A DNA stretch of 64,000 bases from Cycas panzhihuaensis (lineage: Eukaryota > Plantae > Cycadophyta): the NCBI GenBank assembly GCA_023213395.1, contig CM041465.1, positions 126,735,741-126,799,740 of the forward strand, in the 5' to 3' direction. Under the pieces are notes generated by a model. The model was not told where the DNA came from. It was given only the letters and a program-made list of their open reading frames with translations, and did not search any database. Each line of letters starts with the position of its first letter. Position 1 is the stretch's first letter. Made by a program: the position numbers and the translations under genes. Positions 25,001-39,383 of this stretch are shown here, in pieces.

Positions 25001-26226
25001 CAACTAAGACATGGGAGAATATTATGAAGTAATTTAAGGAGATATTATAAAAGTTTTGAAGTAATGAGGTAGTGGAGTTATCTCTCAAGGAAATGAGATA
25101 AAGGCTAGTAGAATTACTATTAATACATATACGAAAGATAAATATTAAAGTCGTAAGTATTGTGAATGGAGAAAAAATCATGGATTATAATAAGAGAAAC
25201 TATTTTATAAATGGTCTAAATTCTAAAGTAAGGGCCACAATGGTGACTCATTCCTTAAAATGCTTTCATTTCACACATGAGTTGGTATTACACTTTAAGA
25301 AAGAAATGGACATTTAAAAGGGCAGCCATAAACCTTATTATTTAGATCACAAGACAAAATGTAATAATTAAGAAGCCAAAATATAAATAAACCTTGCTAT
25401 TAAGTAACAAAAATAAAGGAGACCTCAAAAGTAGAAGCCTTTAAAAAGGAAGTCACAATGTTAAAGTTATAAAGAAAGAAACCTCAACTTACTAAGGAGA
25501 AGAAGAATAAAAAATATAGGGGTAACGAACCGTAATTGAAGAAGTGGTGTCACATTTGTGATAATAATTCATATTCTAGTAAAAAATGTGACCTAAATGA
25601 GAGGAATAATATGGTAAAAAAGTAAAGTACATGGTGTTATATTTGTGATATGGATAACCATAATATGAATAAATACTATTTTAATATATGTAAAACAAAC
25701 CAATATGATACAAGTTATGGAAGAAGGAACAACTTAACCATGATGCAATATACTAATGATGCAGGAAGGCATGTGAAAAAATAATAATGCATGAAGAGAG
25801 AGTAAAGGAAATGTACTAAACCAACTAAAATAATAGAGAGAAAATTGATCTATCCTCATAGAAAATACCTATAGAGAGATCAAACATCACCTAATAAGAA
25901 GGCTATCAAAATATAAGAGGTCCACTAGAGCATATATGCCCAAACTATTGAGAAAAGTATATGCTTGGCCTATTGTAGATACCCTTCACAAAGAAGAATG
26001 TCTTATCCTAACCTAGACTCTTAAATATACCTAAAACACTAGACTCAATCTTAAAATATGAGAAGGGACTAACTAGAGTAAGAGGCCTAAAGGAGTGAAG
26101 ACCATAGGATCCATATGATCATAGGTAGGTTCTTGGAAAATTATCAATAGCAGTGACTCATCTCACGTAAGTTTGAGATGGGTTAATAGTACATGCATTT
26201 AACTCCAACTAGCATCAAGCTCTAAT
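22035..26226 (-). repeat. Array unit with ~740 bp deletion (PR and pre-integrase lost)
   Basis: Junction CATATATGTTG|CTGCTTATTTTGAGG at 23959-23961. Confidence 0.9.
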
Positions 26227-26245
26227 AGGTAAAATAAAAAGAGGT

Positions 26246-29200
26246 CACTGCTCTCAATAAGATGCATAGAGTTCACTTAGTTGTTGAGGCCACACATATA
26301 AACGCATAGTGAGGGTAGATGCCCACCATCAGGCCAATCAGAATATGAATCATAAGACTCTTCTCACATAAGGCCAAAAGATCACCTCTCTCATCTAATG
26401 GTTAAATCTAGGTTCAAAGAAAGTGATCTACCTTATTTGTAAAAGAATAAGTACTTTGAGATATTATGTATCTTGATGTATTTTATATATGCAAGAAGAT
26501 AATTTGTATCTTCTTATTGTTTAGGAGATTAAAGTCAAATAATTACTGTTGAACTAATTTCTAGGTGTGATGTTCATGTAGTCTAAAGTAAATAAATGGC
26601 AATTCATTATTTTGAATCAAATAAGAAAACCAATGACAAAAAGCAGTTAAATTTAAGAATCAAAATGTTTACTAGATGATTAAAGAGCGTAGAAGTTGTT
26701 TTCTTTCATTGCGTTTGGACGTTACTAATATTGACAACACAACATAGATGATGCACTATTAGGAGCGAATGATTCCCAGGGATTACATCTACATTCATTT
26801 TAGTTTGTAGAAATGGTGCTTCAAAGCTTCCTTAGCAGAAAGATGTTCCCTTGGGTCAAACTTCAACAAACCTCGAAGATGGGGTGTTGTTTGAAGAAAA
26901 CCTCTTCTTTAAGGTCTCTATTAAGGAAAGTACCCTTCACATCCATTTGCTAAATATGCCGATTAAATTAGATTGCTATGGACATAACCAAATGGAATGT
27001 GATCACATTGGCTACCGGTGCAAAGGTCTTATCATAATTAATCCCCTCTTGTTATTTAAAACCTCCTGCTATAAGGCGAGCTTTGCGAGTGTCATACTTT
27101 GTAAGGCCGTTTAGTAGTTATGGGAGGAGGAACATCGATTAATAATTATTATACCCATTAGGATTTAGTTGAATGCTAGTGGCTTCCACCTGAAGTTCAT
27201 CAACTAAAAGTGGATGTAAAGTTACACTTTCTTGAGATATTGATGTAGATGCTACTGGAATCGATGAAGGAGCTGGACTGTAGGAGAAGGCTAATTTTGG
27301 TGGCTCAACAATTTGTCCAAGAGTCACTTAAGATACACAAACTACTTCTACTGCTATAATATAAGGTTGAGGTGAAGGTAGGTCCTATGAATCTTCTATA
27401 AATATTATATCTCGTGTTGCGTAAACTTGGTTACCAACTATGTCAAACACTTTATAGGCTTTACAACCAAGTACATAGCTATGGAAGATGAATTTCAGGC
27501 TCTTGTCATCAAGCTTCTTTTTGTTTTCCTTTGAAATATATTTATATTCCATGCATCCAAAGATCTTCACGAGTACTACCGATGGTTTCTGACCTGACCA
27601 AACTTCTTTAGGACTAATATTCCTAATTGCAATTCTGGGACTTATGTTGGTTAGATAAGTAGTTTTGGTTGTGGCATTGACCTAAGATCTAGTGGTAAGA
27701 TTTGCAACACCAAGCATGGCTTTTCCTTTATTTATCAATGTCTAATTCATTCTTTTGACTACACCATTTTGTTGAGGTGTGTGGGGAGCTGGAACTGACG
27801 TTAGATGCCATGTTCCATGCCTAAAATGTTGAACTGATTAGAAATATAATCGCCACTATTATCAGATCTAAGGAGCTTGATTATCATTCAACTTTTCTTT
27901 TCACTGCTCTCAATAAGATGCATAGCGTTCACTCAGTTGTTGAGGCCACATATATAAACACATAGGGAGGGTAGATGCCCCCCATTAGGCCAATCAGCAT
28001 ATGAATCATAAGACTCTTCTCACATAAGGCCAAAAGATCACCTCTCTCATCTAATGGTCAAATCTAGGTTCAAAGAAAGTGATCTACCTTATTTGTAAAA
28101 GAATAAGTACTTTGAGATATTATGTATCTTGATGTATTTTGTATATGCAAGAAGATAATTCATATCTTCTTGTTGTTTAGGAGATTAAAGTCAAATAAGT
28201 ATTGTTGAACTAATTTCTAAGTGTGATGTTGATGTAGTCTAAAGTAAATAAATGGCAATTCATTATTTTGAATCAAATAAGAAAACCAATGACAAAAAGT
28301 AGTTAAATTTAAGAATCAAAATGTTTACTAGATGATTAAAGAGCGTAGAAGTTGTTTTCTTTCATTGCGTTTGGACGTTACTAATATTGACAACACAATA
28401 CAGATGATGCACTATTAGGAGCGAATGATTCCCAGGGATTACATCTACATTCATTTTAGTTTGTAGAAATGGTGCTTCAAAGCTTCCTTAGCAGAAAGAT
28501 ATTCCCTTGGGTCAAACTTCAACAAACCTCGAAGATGGGGTGTTGTTTGAAGAAAACCTCTTCTTTAAGGTCTCTATTAAGGAAAGTACACTTCACATCC
28601 ATTTGCTAAATATACCGATTAAATTAGATTGCTATGGACATAACCAAATGGAATGTGATCACATTGGCTACCGGTGCAAAGGTCTTATCATAATTAATCC
28701 CCTCTTATTATTTAAAACCTCTTTCTATAAGGTGAGCTTTGCGAGTGTCATACTTTGTAAGGCCTTTTAGAAGTTATGGGAGGAGGAACATCCATTAATA
28801 ATTATTATACCCATTAGGATTTAGTTGAATGCTAGTGGCTTCCACCTAAAGTTCATCAACTAGAATTGGATGTAAAGTTATACTTTCTTGAGTTGTTGAT
28901 GTAGATGCTACTGTAATCGATGAAGGAGCTGGAGTTTAGGAGGAGGCTAGTTTTGGTGGCTCGACAATTTGTCCAAGAGTCACTTAAGATACACAAACTA
29001 CTTCTACTGCTATAATATAAGGTTGAGGTAAAGGTAGGTCCTATGAATCTTCTATAAATATTATATCCTGTGTTGCATAAACTTGGTTACCAGCTATGTC
29101 AAACACTTTATAGGCTTTACAACCAAGTACATAGCTAAGGAAGATGCATTTTAGGCTCTTGTCATCAAGTTTCTTTTTGTTTTCCTTTGAAATATATTTA

Positions 29201-29558
29201 TATTCCATACATCCAAAGATCTTCACGAGTACTACCGATGGTTTCTGACCTGACGAAACTTCTTTAAGACTAATATTCCTAACTGCAATTCTAGGACTTA
29301 TGTTGGTTAGGTAAGTAGTTATGGTTGTGGCATTGACCCAAGATCTAGTGGTAAGATTTGCAACACTAAGCATGGATTTTCCTTTATTTATCAATGTCTA
29401 ATTCATTCTTTTAACTACACCATTTTGTTGAGGTGTGTGGGGAGCTAGGAACTGATGTTGGATGCCATGTTCCATGCCTAAAATGTTGAACTGATTAGAA
29501 ATATAATGGCCACTATTATCAGATCTAAGGAGCTTGATTATCATTCTACTTTTCTTTT
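26246..29558 (-). repeat. Two 1656/1657-bp sub-units (kinase tail, RT, INT C-terminal half)
   Basis: Junction TTTTC|ACTGCT at 27902 and 29559; ORFs 26851 and 28507 offset by 1656. Confidence 0.92.
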
Positions 29559-32500
29559 CACTGCTTTCAATAAGATGCATAGAGTTGACTCGGTTGTTGA
29601 GGCCACATATATAAACATATAGTGAGGGTAGATGCCCCCCATTAGGCCAATCAGAATATGAATCGTAAGACTCTTCTCACATAAGGCCAAAAGATCACCT
29701 CTCTCATCTAATGGTCAAATCTAGGTTTAAAGAAAGTGATCTATCTTATTTGTAAAAGAATAAGTACTTTGAGATATTATGTATCTTGATGTATTTTGTA
29801 TATGTAAGAAGATAATTTATATCTTCTTGTTATTTAGGAGATTAAAGTCAAATAATTATTGTTGAACTAATTTCTAAGTATGATGTTGATGTAGTCTAAA
29901 GTAAATAAATGGCAATTCATTATTTTGAATCAAATAAGAAAACCAATGACGAAAAGTAGTTAAATTTAAGAATCAAAATGTTTACTAGACGATTAAAGAG
30001 CGTAGAAGCTGTTTTCTTTCATTGTGTTTGGACGTTACTAATATTGACAACACAACGTAGATGACGGACTATCAGGAGCGAATGATTCCAAGGGATTACA
30101 TCTACACTAATTTTAGTTTGTAGAAATGGTACTTTAAAGCTTCCTTAGCAGAAAGATGTTCCCTTGAGTCAAACTTCAACAAACCTCGAAGATGAGGTGT
30201 TGTTTGAAGAAAACCTCTTCTTTAAGGTCTCTATTGAGGAAAGTACCCTTCACATCCATTTGCTAAATATGCCAATTAAATTAGATTGCTAAGGACATAA
30301 CCAAATGGAATGTGATCACATTGGCTACCAGTGCAAAGGTCTTATCATAATCAATCCCCTCTTGTTATTTAAAACCTCTTGCTAAAAGGTGAGCTTTGCA
30401 AGTGTCATATTTTGTAAGGCCTTTTAGCAATTATGGGAGGAGAAACATCTATTAATAATTGTTATACCCATTAGGATTTAGTTGAATACTAGTGGCTTCC
30501 ACCTGAAGTTGATCAACTAAAATTGGAGGTAAAGTTATACTTTCTTAAGTTGTTGATGTAGATGCTACTGGAATCGATGAAGGAGCTGGAGTGTAGGAGG
30601 AGGCTAGTATTGGTGGCTCCACAATTTATCCAAGAGTCACTTAAGATGCACGAACTACTTCTACTGCTATAATATAACGTTGAGGTGAAGGTAGGTCCTA
30701 TGAATCTTCTATAAATATTATATCCTGTGTTGCATATACTTGGTTACCAACTATGTCAAACACTTTATAGGCTTTACAACCAAGTACATAGCTAAGAAGA
30801 TGCATTTCAGGCTCTTGTCATCAATCTTATTTTTGTTTTCCTTTAAGATGTATTTATATTCCATGCATCCAAAGATCTTCACGAGTGCTACCGATGGTTT
30901 CTGACATGACCAAACTTCTTCAAGAGTAATATTCCTAACTACAATTCTAGGACTTATGTTGGTTAGATAAGTAGTTATGGTTGTGGCATCAACCCAAGAT
31001 CTGGTGGTAAGGTTTGCACCTCTAAGCATTGCTTTTCCTTTATTTATCAATGTCTAATTCATTCTTTTGACTACACCATTTTGTTGAGGTGTATGGGGAG
31101 TTCAGAACTGATGTTGGATGCTATGTTCCTTGCCCAAAATGTTGAACTGACTAGAAATATACTCGCCACCATTATCAGATCTAAGGAGTTCAATTATCAT
31201 TATACTTTTCTTTCTATGGCAGCTTTGAACTCTTTGAATTTATTGAGGGTTGTATACTTATTACTTAGGAAATAGACCTACATTTTCCTTGAGAAGTCAT
31301 CTATGAATGTGATGAAATGCCAATTTTTATTGAGTGGTTAGACAGGTACCAACCCACAAATTTCTGGGTGGACCATCTCTAACGGCGCTGAGGATCTCCA
31401 TGCGTTCTTAGAAGGAAAATTTTCTGTATAGTGCTTTTCTATTAGGCAAGCCTCACATATTTTGTTGTACCTCTTAATTTTATATAAACCATGTACCATT
31501 TAGAGCTTAAACATGAGGTCCAAGCTTTGCATGTTTAAATGACTTAGGCATTAATTCCATAGGTATACTTTGGAGCTATTTGAGATGACAATTTCCTTTC
31601 AATATAAGAATTCACCTAGTTCTTATATACAAGGGGACACTTCATTAACGACTTCAATTACCTTATCAATTTGAGATGTGTTCGGAATTAAACAAGCTTC
31701 ATTTTATGGAGTAGTTGTAAGGGGGATACCACCCAACCTATATAGGCCACCATCTTCATGTCTTATAGCCATAAGTTTGCATGTGGCATGATCTGCGATT
31801 CTACTAATGCCCTAGCCAAAGAGGACATCTAAATTTTGTTTGTTTATTTCATTGATAGAGAGCAAGTTCATCTCCATTTCAGGTGCAAGGAATATATTAT
31901 TGATGTGGTGCCTCATATTGGAGCCCTACGAATTTTGGCCATTATTGTAAGTCAAATTATCCCTAAATGTGATAGTTTGAGTATCGATTGGGCAGGTCAC
32001 TTCTAATATTTTTTATAATACGATCATATATCTCGTTACACTTGAATCAAGGAGCCATGTATCCTCATCCAGAAAGAGCTACAAAGAATAGGTTATGGAA
32101 GGAGGAATCCTAATTATCTACCACATTACTTCCCTATTATTTATTATTATGCTGGTTCCTTTAATTTTTGATAGTGAATTGCTGCTTATTTTGAGGTCTT
32201 TTTCCTTCAGTAGGTCTCAGATTCCAATTGTGTTGGTAGAATTGGCCTTTTGGTTGGAATGATGACCCTTCTTATTGTTGAATAAGGCCTCTTTATTATA
32301 AATATGGGCCCCCTTGTTACAAAATAAGACCTTGCTATTATGGAAATGAGGCTCCTTGTAGAAGGCACGACCCTCCTTAGTAATATCCTTGTCTCTATTA
32401 AGAGTAACTAGGACCTCCTTGTTGATATGAGGGTGGTCCTTATTAGTAGATTAGGCCTAATTGTTGATAATAAGAGGTAGCTTATTAGAAGCGAGGCCCA

Positions 32501-34447
32501 TATGATTGGCTCCATTGATTTTACAAGAGTTGTGAAATAACTTGTCCTCACTTGCATTAACTAAGTGTCATTTTTTATCATAGTAGAGGTAACTGACATT
32601 TGGTGTAACATATTAATTCTTTTAAAGTTATGCATATGGCTGGTATTGAGACAGCCGATGCCAATGAGTTAGACGAGAGGAGGAGGTGTTAATTAGTTAT
32701 TACTTCTCTTAGGTTGGTTATTGATATGGCTCTTGGGATATGGTCAGAGAATCTAAGTGTTGAGTTAGATCTTGGTGTTGACTAAGATGTTGAGTTGATC
32801 TATTGATAGTATTACGATTTTCTGAGTTATGGGATGTAAAGGTAGGAGCGGGGTTAGATATAGATGTCATCCCAAGTCAGTTGAGTACGTTCTCCTCTTA
32901 TAACAAGAGTTCCTCACCGGTCGTGAAGTCTATTTTGGAATAATTATCATGTAATTTGGAAACAAAGGAGTTATATTCTATAGGCAGGATGTCAATGATG
33001 CTAGAGATTAAATCATGGTTTGAAAGTGGTTCATTAAAGATTATAAGTTAGTTCCTAATTATATTGACTCTAATCAAGTGGTGTGTAACATTGCCAAAAA
33101 AAATATACCTTTATCAAAACTTTATGAACTTAAAGAATATAAGTCATGAAAATAAGATTAATTCTAGATTCACCTATTCATTATAGGGTGTACCCTATGC
33201 TTGGCACAAATAATTATACCCAACTAAGACATGGGAGAATATTATGAAGTAATTTAAGGAGATATTATAAAAGTTTTGAAGTAATGAGGTAGTGGAGTTA
33301 TCTCTCAAGGAAATGAGATAAAGGTTAGTAGAATTACTATTAATACATATATGAAAAATAAATATTAAAGTTGTAAGTATTATGAATGGAGAAAAAATCC
33401 TGGATTATAATAAGAGAAACTATTTTATAAATGGGCTAAATTCTAAAGTAAGGGCCACAATGGTGAATCATTCCTTGAAATGCTTCCATTTCACACATGA
33501 GTTGGTATTACACTTTGAGAAAGAAATGGACATTTAAAAGGGTAGCCATAAACCTTATTATTTAGATCACGAGACAAAATGTAATAATTAAGAAGCCAAA
33601 ATATAAATAAACCTTGCTATTAAGTAACAAAAATAAAGGAGACCTCAAAAGTAGAAGCCTTTAAAAAAGAAGTCACAAGGCTAAAGTTATAAAGAAAGAA
33701 ACCTCAACTTACTAAGGAGAAGAAGAATAAAAAAATATAGGGGTAACAAACTGTAATTGAAGATGTGGTGTCACATTTATGATAATAATTCATATTATAG
33801 TAAAAAATGTAACCTAAATAAGAGGAATAATATGATAAAAAAGTAAAGTATTTGGTGTTATATTTGTGATATGGATAACTATAATATGAATAAACACTAT
33901 TTTAATATATGTAAAACAAACCAGTACGGTACAAGTTATGGAAGAAGGAACAACTTAACCATGATGCAATATACTAATGATGCAGGAAGGCATGTGAAAA
34001 TATAATAATGCATGAAGAGAGAATAAAGGGAATGTACTAAACTAACTAAAATAATAGAGAGAAAATTGATCTATCCTCATAGAAAATACCTATAGAGAGA
34101 TCAAACATCACCTAATAAGAAGGCTATCAAAATCTAAGAGGTCCACTAGAGTATATATGCCCAAGCTATTGAGAAAAGTATGTGCTTGGCCTATTGTAGA
34201 TACCCTTTATAAAGAAGAATGTCCTATCCTAACCCAGACTCTTAAATATACCTAAAACACTAGACTCAATCTTAAAATATAAGAAGTGACTAACAAGAGT
34301 AAGAGGCCTAAAGGAGTTAAGACCATAGGATCCATATGATCATAGGTAGGTTCTTGGAAAATTATCAATAGTAGTGACTCATCTCACATAAGTTTGGGAT
34401 AGGCCAATAGTACTTGTATTTAACTCCAACTAGCATCAAGCTCTAAT

Positions 34448-37400
34448 AGGTAAAATAAAAAGAGGGCACTGCTCTCAATAAGATGTATAGAGTTCACTTA
34501 GTTGTTGAGGCCACACATATAAATGCATGGTGAGGGTAGATGCCCACCATTAGGCCAATCAGAATATGAATCATAAGATTCTTCTCACATAAGGCCAAAA
34601 GATCACCTCTCTCATCTAATGGTTAAATCTAGGTTACAAGAAAGTGATCTATCTTATTTGTAAAAGAATAAGTACTTTGAGATATTATGTATCTTGATGT
34701 ATTTCGTATATGCAAGAAGATAATTTATATCTTCTTGTTGTTTAGGAGATTAAAGTCAAATAATTATTGTTGAACTAATTTCTAGGTGTGATGTTGATGT
34801 ACTCTAAAGTAAATAAATGGAAATTCATTATTTTGAATCAAATAAGAAAACCAATGACAAAAAATAGTTAAATTTAATAATTAAAATGTTTACTAGACGA
34901 ATAAAGAGTGTAGAAGCTGTTTTCTTTCATTGTGTTTGGACATTACCAATATTGACAACACAACGTAGATGACGCACTATCAGGAGCGAATGATTCCCAT
35001 GGATTACATCTACATTAATTTTAGTTTGTAGAAATGGTGCTTCAAAGCTTCCTTAGCATAAAGACGTTCCCTTGGGTCAAACTTCAACAAACCTCGAAGA
35101 TGGTGTGTTGTTTGAAGAAAACCTCTTCTTTAAGATCTCTATTGAGGAAAGTACCCTTCATATCCATTTGCTAAATATGCTAATTAAATTAGATTGCTAA
35201 GGACATAACCAAATGGAATGTGATCACATTGGCTACCTGTGCACAGGTCTTATCATAATCAATCCCTTCTTGTTATTTAAAACCTCTTGCTATAAGGTGA
35301 GCTTTGCGAGTGTTATACTTTGTAAGACCTTTTAGCAGTTATGGGAGGAGGAACATCCATTAATAATTGTTATACCTATTAGGATTTAGTTGAATGCTAG
35401 TGGCTTCCACCTGAAGTTCATCAACTAAAATTGGAGGTAAAGTTGTACTTTCTTGAGTTGTTGATGTAGATGCTACTGGAATCGATGAAGGAGCTGGAGT
35501 GTAGGAGGAGGCTAGTTTTGGTGGCTCAACAATTTGTCCAAGAGTCACTTAAGATACAAAAACTACTTCTACTGCTATAATATAAGGTTGAGGTGAAGGT
35601 AGGTCCTATGAATCTTTATAAATATTATATCCCGTCGTGCGTAAACTTGGTTACCAACTATGTCAAACACTTTATAGGCTTTACAACCAAGTACATAGCT
35701 AAGGAAGATGCATTTCCAGCTCTTGTCATCAAGCTTCTTTTTGTTTTCCTTTGAAATATATTTATATTCCATGCATCCAAAGATTTTCACGAGTACTACC
35801 GATGGTTTCTGACTTGACCAAACTTCTTCAAGAGTAATATTCCTAATTGTGATTCTAGGACTTATGTTGGTTAGATAAGTAGTTATGGTTGTGTCATCAA
35901 CCCAAGATCTGGTGGTAAGATTTGCAACACTAACCATGGCTTTTCCTTTATTTATTAATGTCTAATTCATTCTTTTGACTACACCATTTTATTGAGGTGT
36001 GTGGGGAGTTGGGAACTAATGTTGGATGCCATGTTCCTTTCCCAAAATGTTGAACTGATTAGGAATATACTGACCACCATTATCAGATCTAAGTAGCTTG
36101 ATTATCATTCTACTTTTCTTTTCTATGGCAGCTTTGAATGCTTTGAATTTATTTAGGGTTTTATACTTATTTCTCAGGAAATATACATACATTTTCCTTG
36201 AGAAGTCATCTATGAATGTGATGAAATGCCAGTTTTTATTGGGTGGTTAGACAGGTACCAACCGGCAATTTTCTGGGTGGACAATCTCTAACGACGCTAA
36301 GGATCTCCATGCATTCTTAGAAGGAAAATTTTCTCGTGAGTGCTTTTCTATTAGGCAAGCCTCACATATGTTGTTGTACCTCTTAACTTTATGTAAACCA
36401 TGTACCATTTGGAGCTTAAACATGAGTTCCAAGCTTTACATGTTTAAATGACTTAGGCATTAATTCTATAGGTATACTTTGGAGCTATTTGAGCTGACAA
36501 TTTCCTTTCAGTATGAGAATTCACCTGGTTCTTATATATAAAGGGACTCTTCATTAATGACTTCATTTACCTTATCAATTTGAGCTGTGTTTGGAATTGA
36601 ACAAGCTTCATTTTATGGAGTAGTTGAAGGGGGATACCACCCAACCTATATAGGCCACCATCTTCATGTCTTATGACCATAAGCTTGCATGTTGCATGAT
36701 CTGTGATTCTACTAATGCCCTAGCCAAAGAGGACATCTAAATTTTGTTTGTTTATTTCATTGATAGAGAGAAAGTTCATCTCCATTTCAGGTGCAAGGAA
36801 TATATTATTGATGTGGTGCCTCATATTGGAGTCCTTCAAAGCTATTGGAGCCCTACCAATTTTGGTCATTATCATAAGTCAAATTATCCCCAAATGTGAT
36901 ATTTTGAGTATCGACTGGGCGGGTCTCTTTTAACATTTTTTCTAATCCGATCATATATCTCGTTGCACCTAATTCAATGAGCCATGCCTCCTCATCAAGT
37001 TGTGAAAAAAGAGCTGTAAAGAATAGGTTATGGAAGGAGGAATCCTAATTGTCTACCAGATTACTTCCCTATTATTTATTATTATGTTGGTTCCTTTAAT
37101 TTTTGATAGTGAATTGCTGCTTATTTTGAGGTATTTCTCCTTGAGCAGGCCTGAGATTCCAATTGTGTTGGTAGAATTGGCCTTCTGGTTGGAATGATGA
37201 CCCTTCTTATTATTGAATAAGGACTCTTTATTGGAAATATGGGCCTCCTTGTTACAATATAAAACCTCGCTATTATGGAAACAAGGCTCTTTGTAGAAGG
37301 CACGATCCTCCTTAGTAATATCCTTGTCTCTATTAAGAGTAACTAGGACCTCCTTGTTGATATGAGGGTGGTCCTTATTAGTAGATTAGGCCTAATCGTT

Positions 37401-39383
37401 GATAATAAGAGGTAGCTTATTAGAAGCGAGGCCCATATGATTGGCTCAATTGATTTTACAAGAGTTGTGAATCAACTTGTCCTCACTTGCATTAACAGAA
37501 GTGTCTTTTTTTATCATAGTAGAGGCAACTGACATCTGGTCTAACCTATTAATTCTTTTAAAGTTGTGCATATGGCTGGTATTGAGACTGCTGATGCCAA
37601 TGAGTTAGATGGGAGGAGGAGGTGTTAATTGGTTATTACTTCTCTTAGGTTGGTTGTTGATATGGCTCTTGGGATATGGTCAGAGAATCCAAGTGTTGAG
37701 TTAGATCTTGGTGTTGACTAAGCTGTTGAGTTGATCTATTGATAGTCTTACGCTTTTCTGAGTTATGGGCTGTAAAGGTAGGAGCGGGGTTAGATATACA
37801 TGTTGGTCCAAGTCAGTTGAGTATATTCTCCTCTTATAACAAGAGTTCCTCATAGGTCATGAAGTCTATTTTGGAATAATTACCATGTAATTTGGAAACA
37901 AAGGAGTTATGTTCTATAGGCATGATGTCAATGATGCCATAGATTAAATCATGGTTTGAGAGTGGATCATTAAGGATTATAAGTTAGTTCCTAGTTATTT
38001 TGACTTTAATCAAGTGGTGTGTAACGTTGCCAAAAAAAGTATACCTTTATCGAAACTTTATGAACTTAAAGAAGATAAGTCATGAAAATAAGATTAATTT
38101 TAGATTCACCTATTCATTATAGGGTGTACCCTATGCTTGGCATAAATAATTATACCCAACTAAGACATGGGAGAATATTATGAAGTAATTTAAGGAGATA
38201 TTATAAAAATTTTTAAGTAATGAGGTAGTTGAGTTATCTGTCAAGGAAATGAGATAGAGGCTAGTAGAATTACTATTAATACATATATGAAAAATAAATA
38301 TTAAAGTTGTAAGTATTATGAATGGAGAAAAAATCATGGATTATAATAAGAGAAACTATTTTATAAATGGGCTAAATTCTAAAGTAAGGGCCACAAAGGT
38401 TACTCATTCTTTGAAATGCTTCCATTTCACACATGAGTTAGTATTACACTTTGAGAAAGAAATGGACATTTAAAAGGGCAGCCATAAACCTTATTATTTA
38501 GATCACGAGACAAAATGTAGTAATTAAGAAGCCAAAATATAAATAAACCTTGCTATTAAGTAACAAAAATAAAGGAGACCTTAAAAGTAGAAGCCTTTAA
38601 AAAGGAAGTCACAAGGTTAAAGTTATAAAGAAAGAAACATCAACTTACTAAGGAGAAGAAGAATAAAAAAATATAGGGGTAACAAACCACAATTGAAGAA
38701 GTGGTGTCACATTTGTGATAATAATTCATATTCTACTAAAAAATGTGACCTAAATGAGAGGAATAATATGGTAAAAAAGTAAAGTACATGGTGTTATATT
38801 TGTGATATGGATAACCATAATATGAATAAACACTATTTTAATATATGTAAAAGAAACCAATACGGTACGAGTTATGGAAGAAGGAACAACTTAACCATGA
38901 TGAAATATACTAATGACGCAGGAAGACATGTGAAAAAATAATAATGCATGAAGAGAGAGTAAAGGAAATGTACTAAACTAACTAAAATAATAGAGATAAA
39001 ATTGATCTATCCTCATAGAAAATACCTATAGAGAGATCAAACATCACCTAATAAGAAGGCTGTCAAAATCTAAGAGGTCCACTAGAGCATATATGCCTAA
39101 ACTATTGAGAAAAGTATGTGCTTGGCCTATTGCAGATACCCTTTATAAAGAAGAATATCCTATCCTAACCCAGACTCTTAAATATACCTAAAACACTAGA
39201 CTCAATCTTAAAATATGAGAAGGGACTAACTAGAGTAAGAGGCCTAAAGGAGTTAAGACCAGAGGATCCATATGATCATAGGTAGGTTCTTGGAAAATTA
39301 TCAATAGTAGTGATTCATCTCACATAAGTTTGAGATAGGCTAATAGTACATACATTTAACTCCAACTAGCATCAAGCTCTAAT
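34448..39383 (-). mobile_element. Reference full-length array unit: spacer, gag (~38060-37490), Q/G/Y repeats, PR (~36990-36945), INT (~36430-35575), RT (~35310-35090), kinase tail and flank
   Basis: Protease motif EAWLIELGATRYM (from WxxDSGATxHM); Copia domain order gag-PR-INT-RT; no RNase H, LTR pair or PPT found. Confidence 0.88.

Noticed and set aside
26851-27114. Repeated plus-strand 87-aa ORF (also 28507-28770)
   Set aside because: Antisense shadow of the Copia RT fragment; open only because of one shared substitution.
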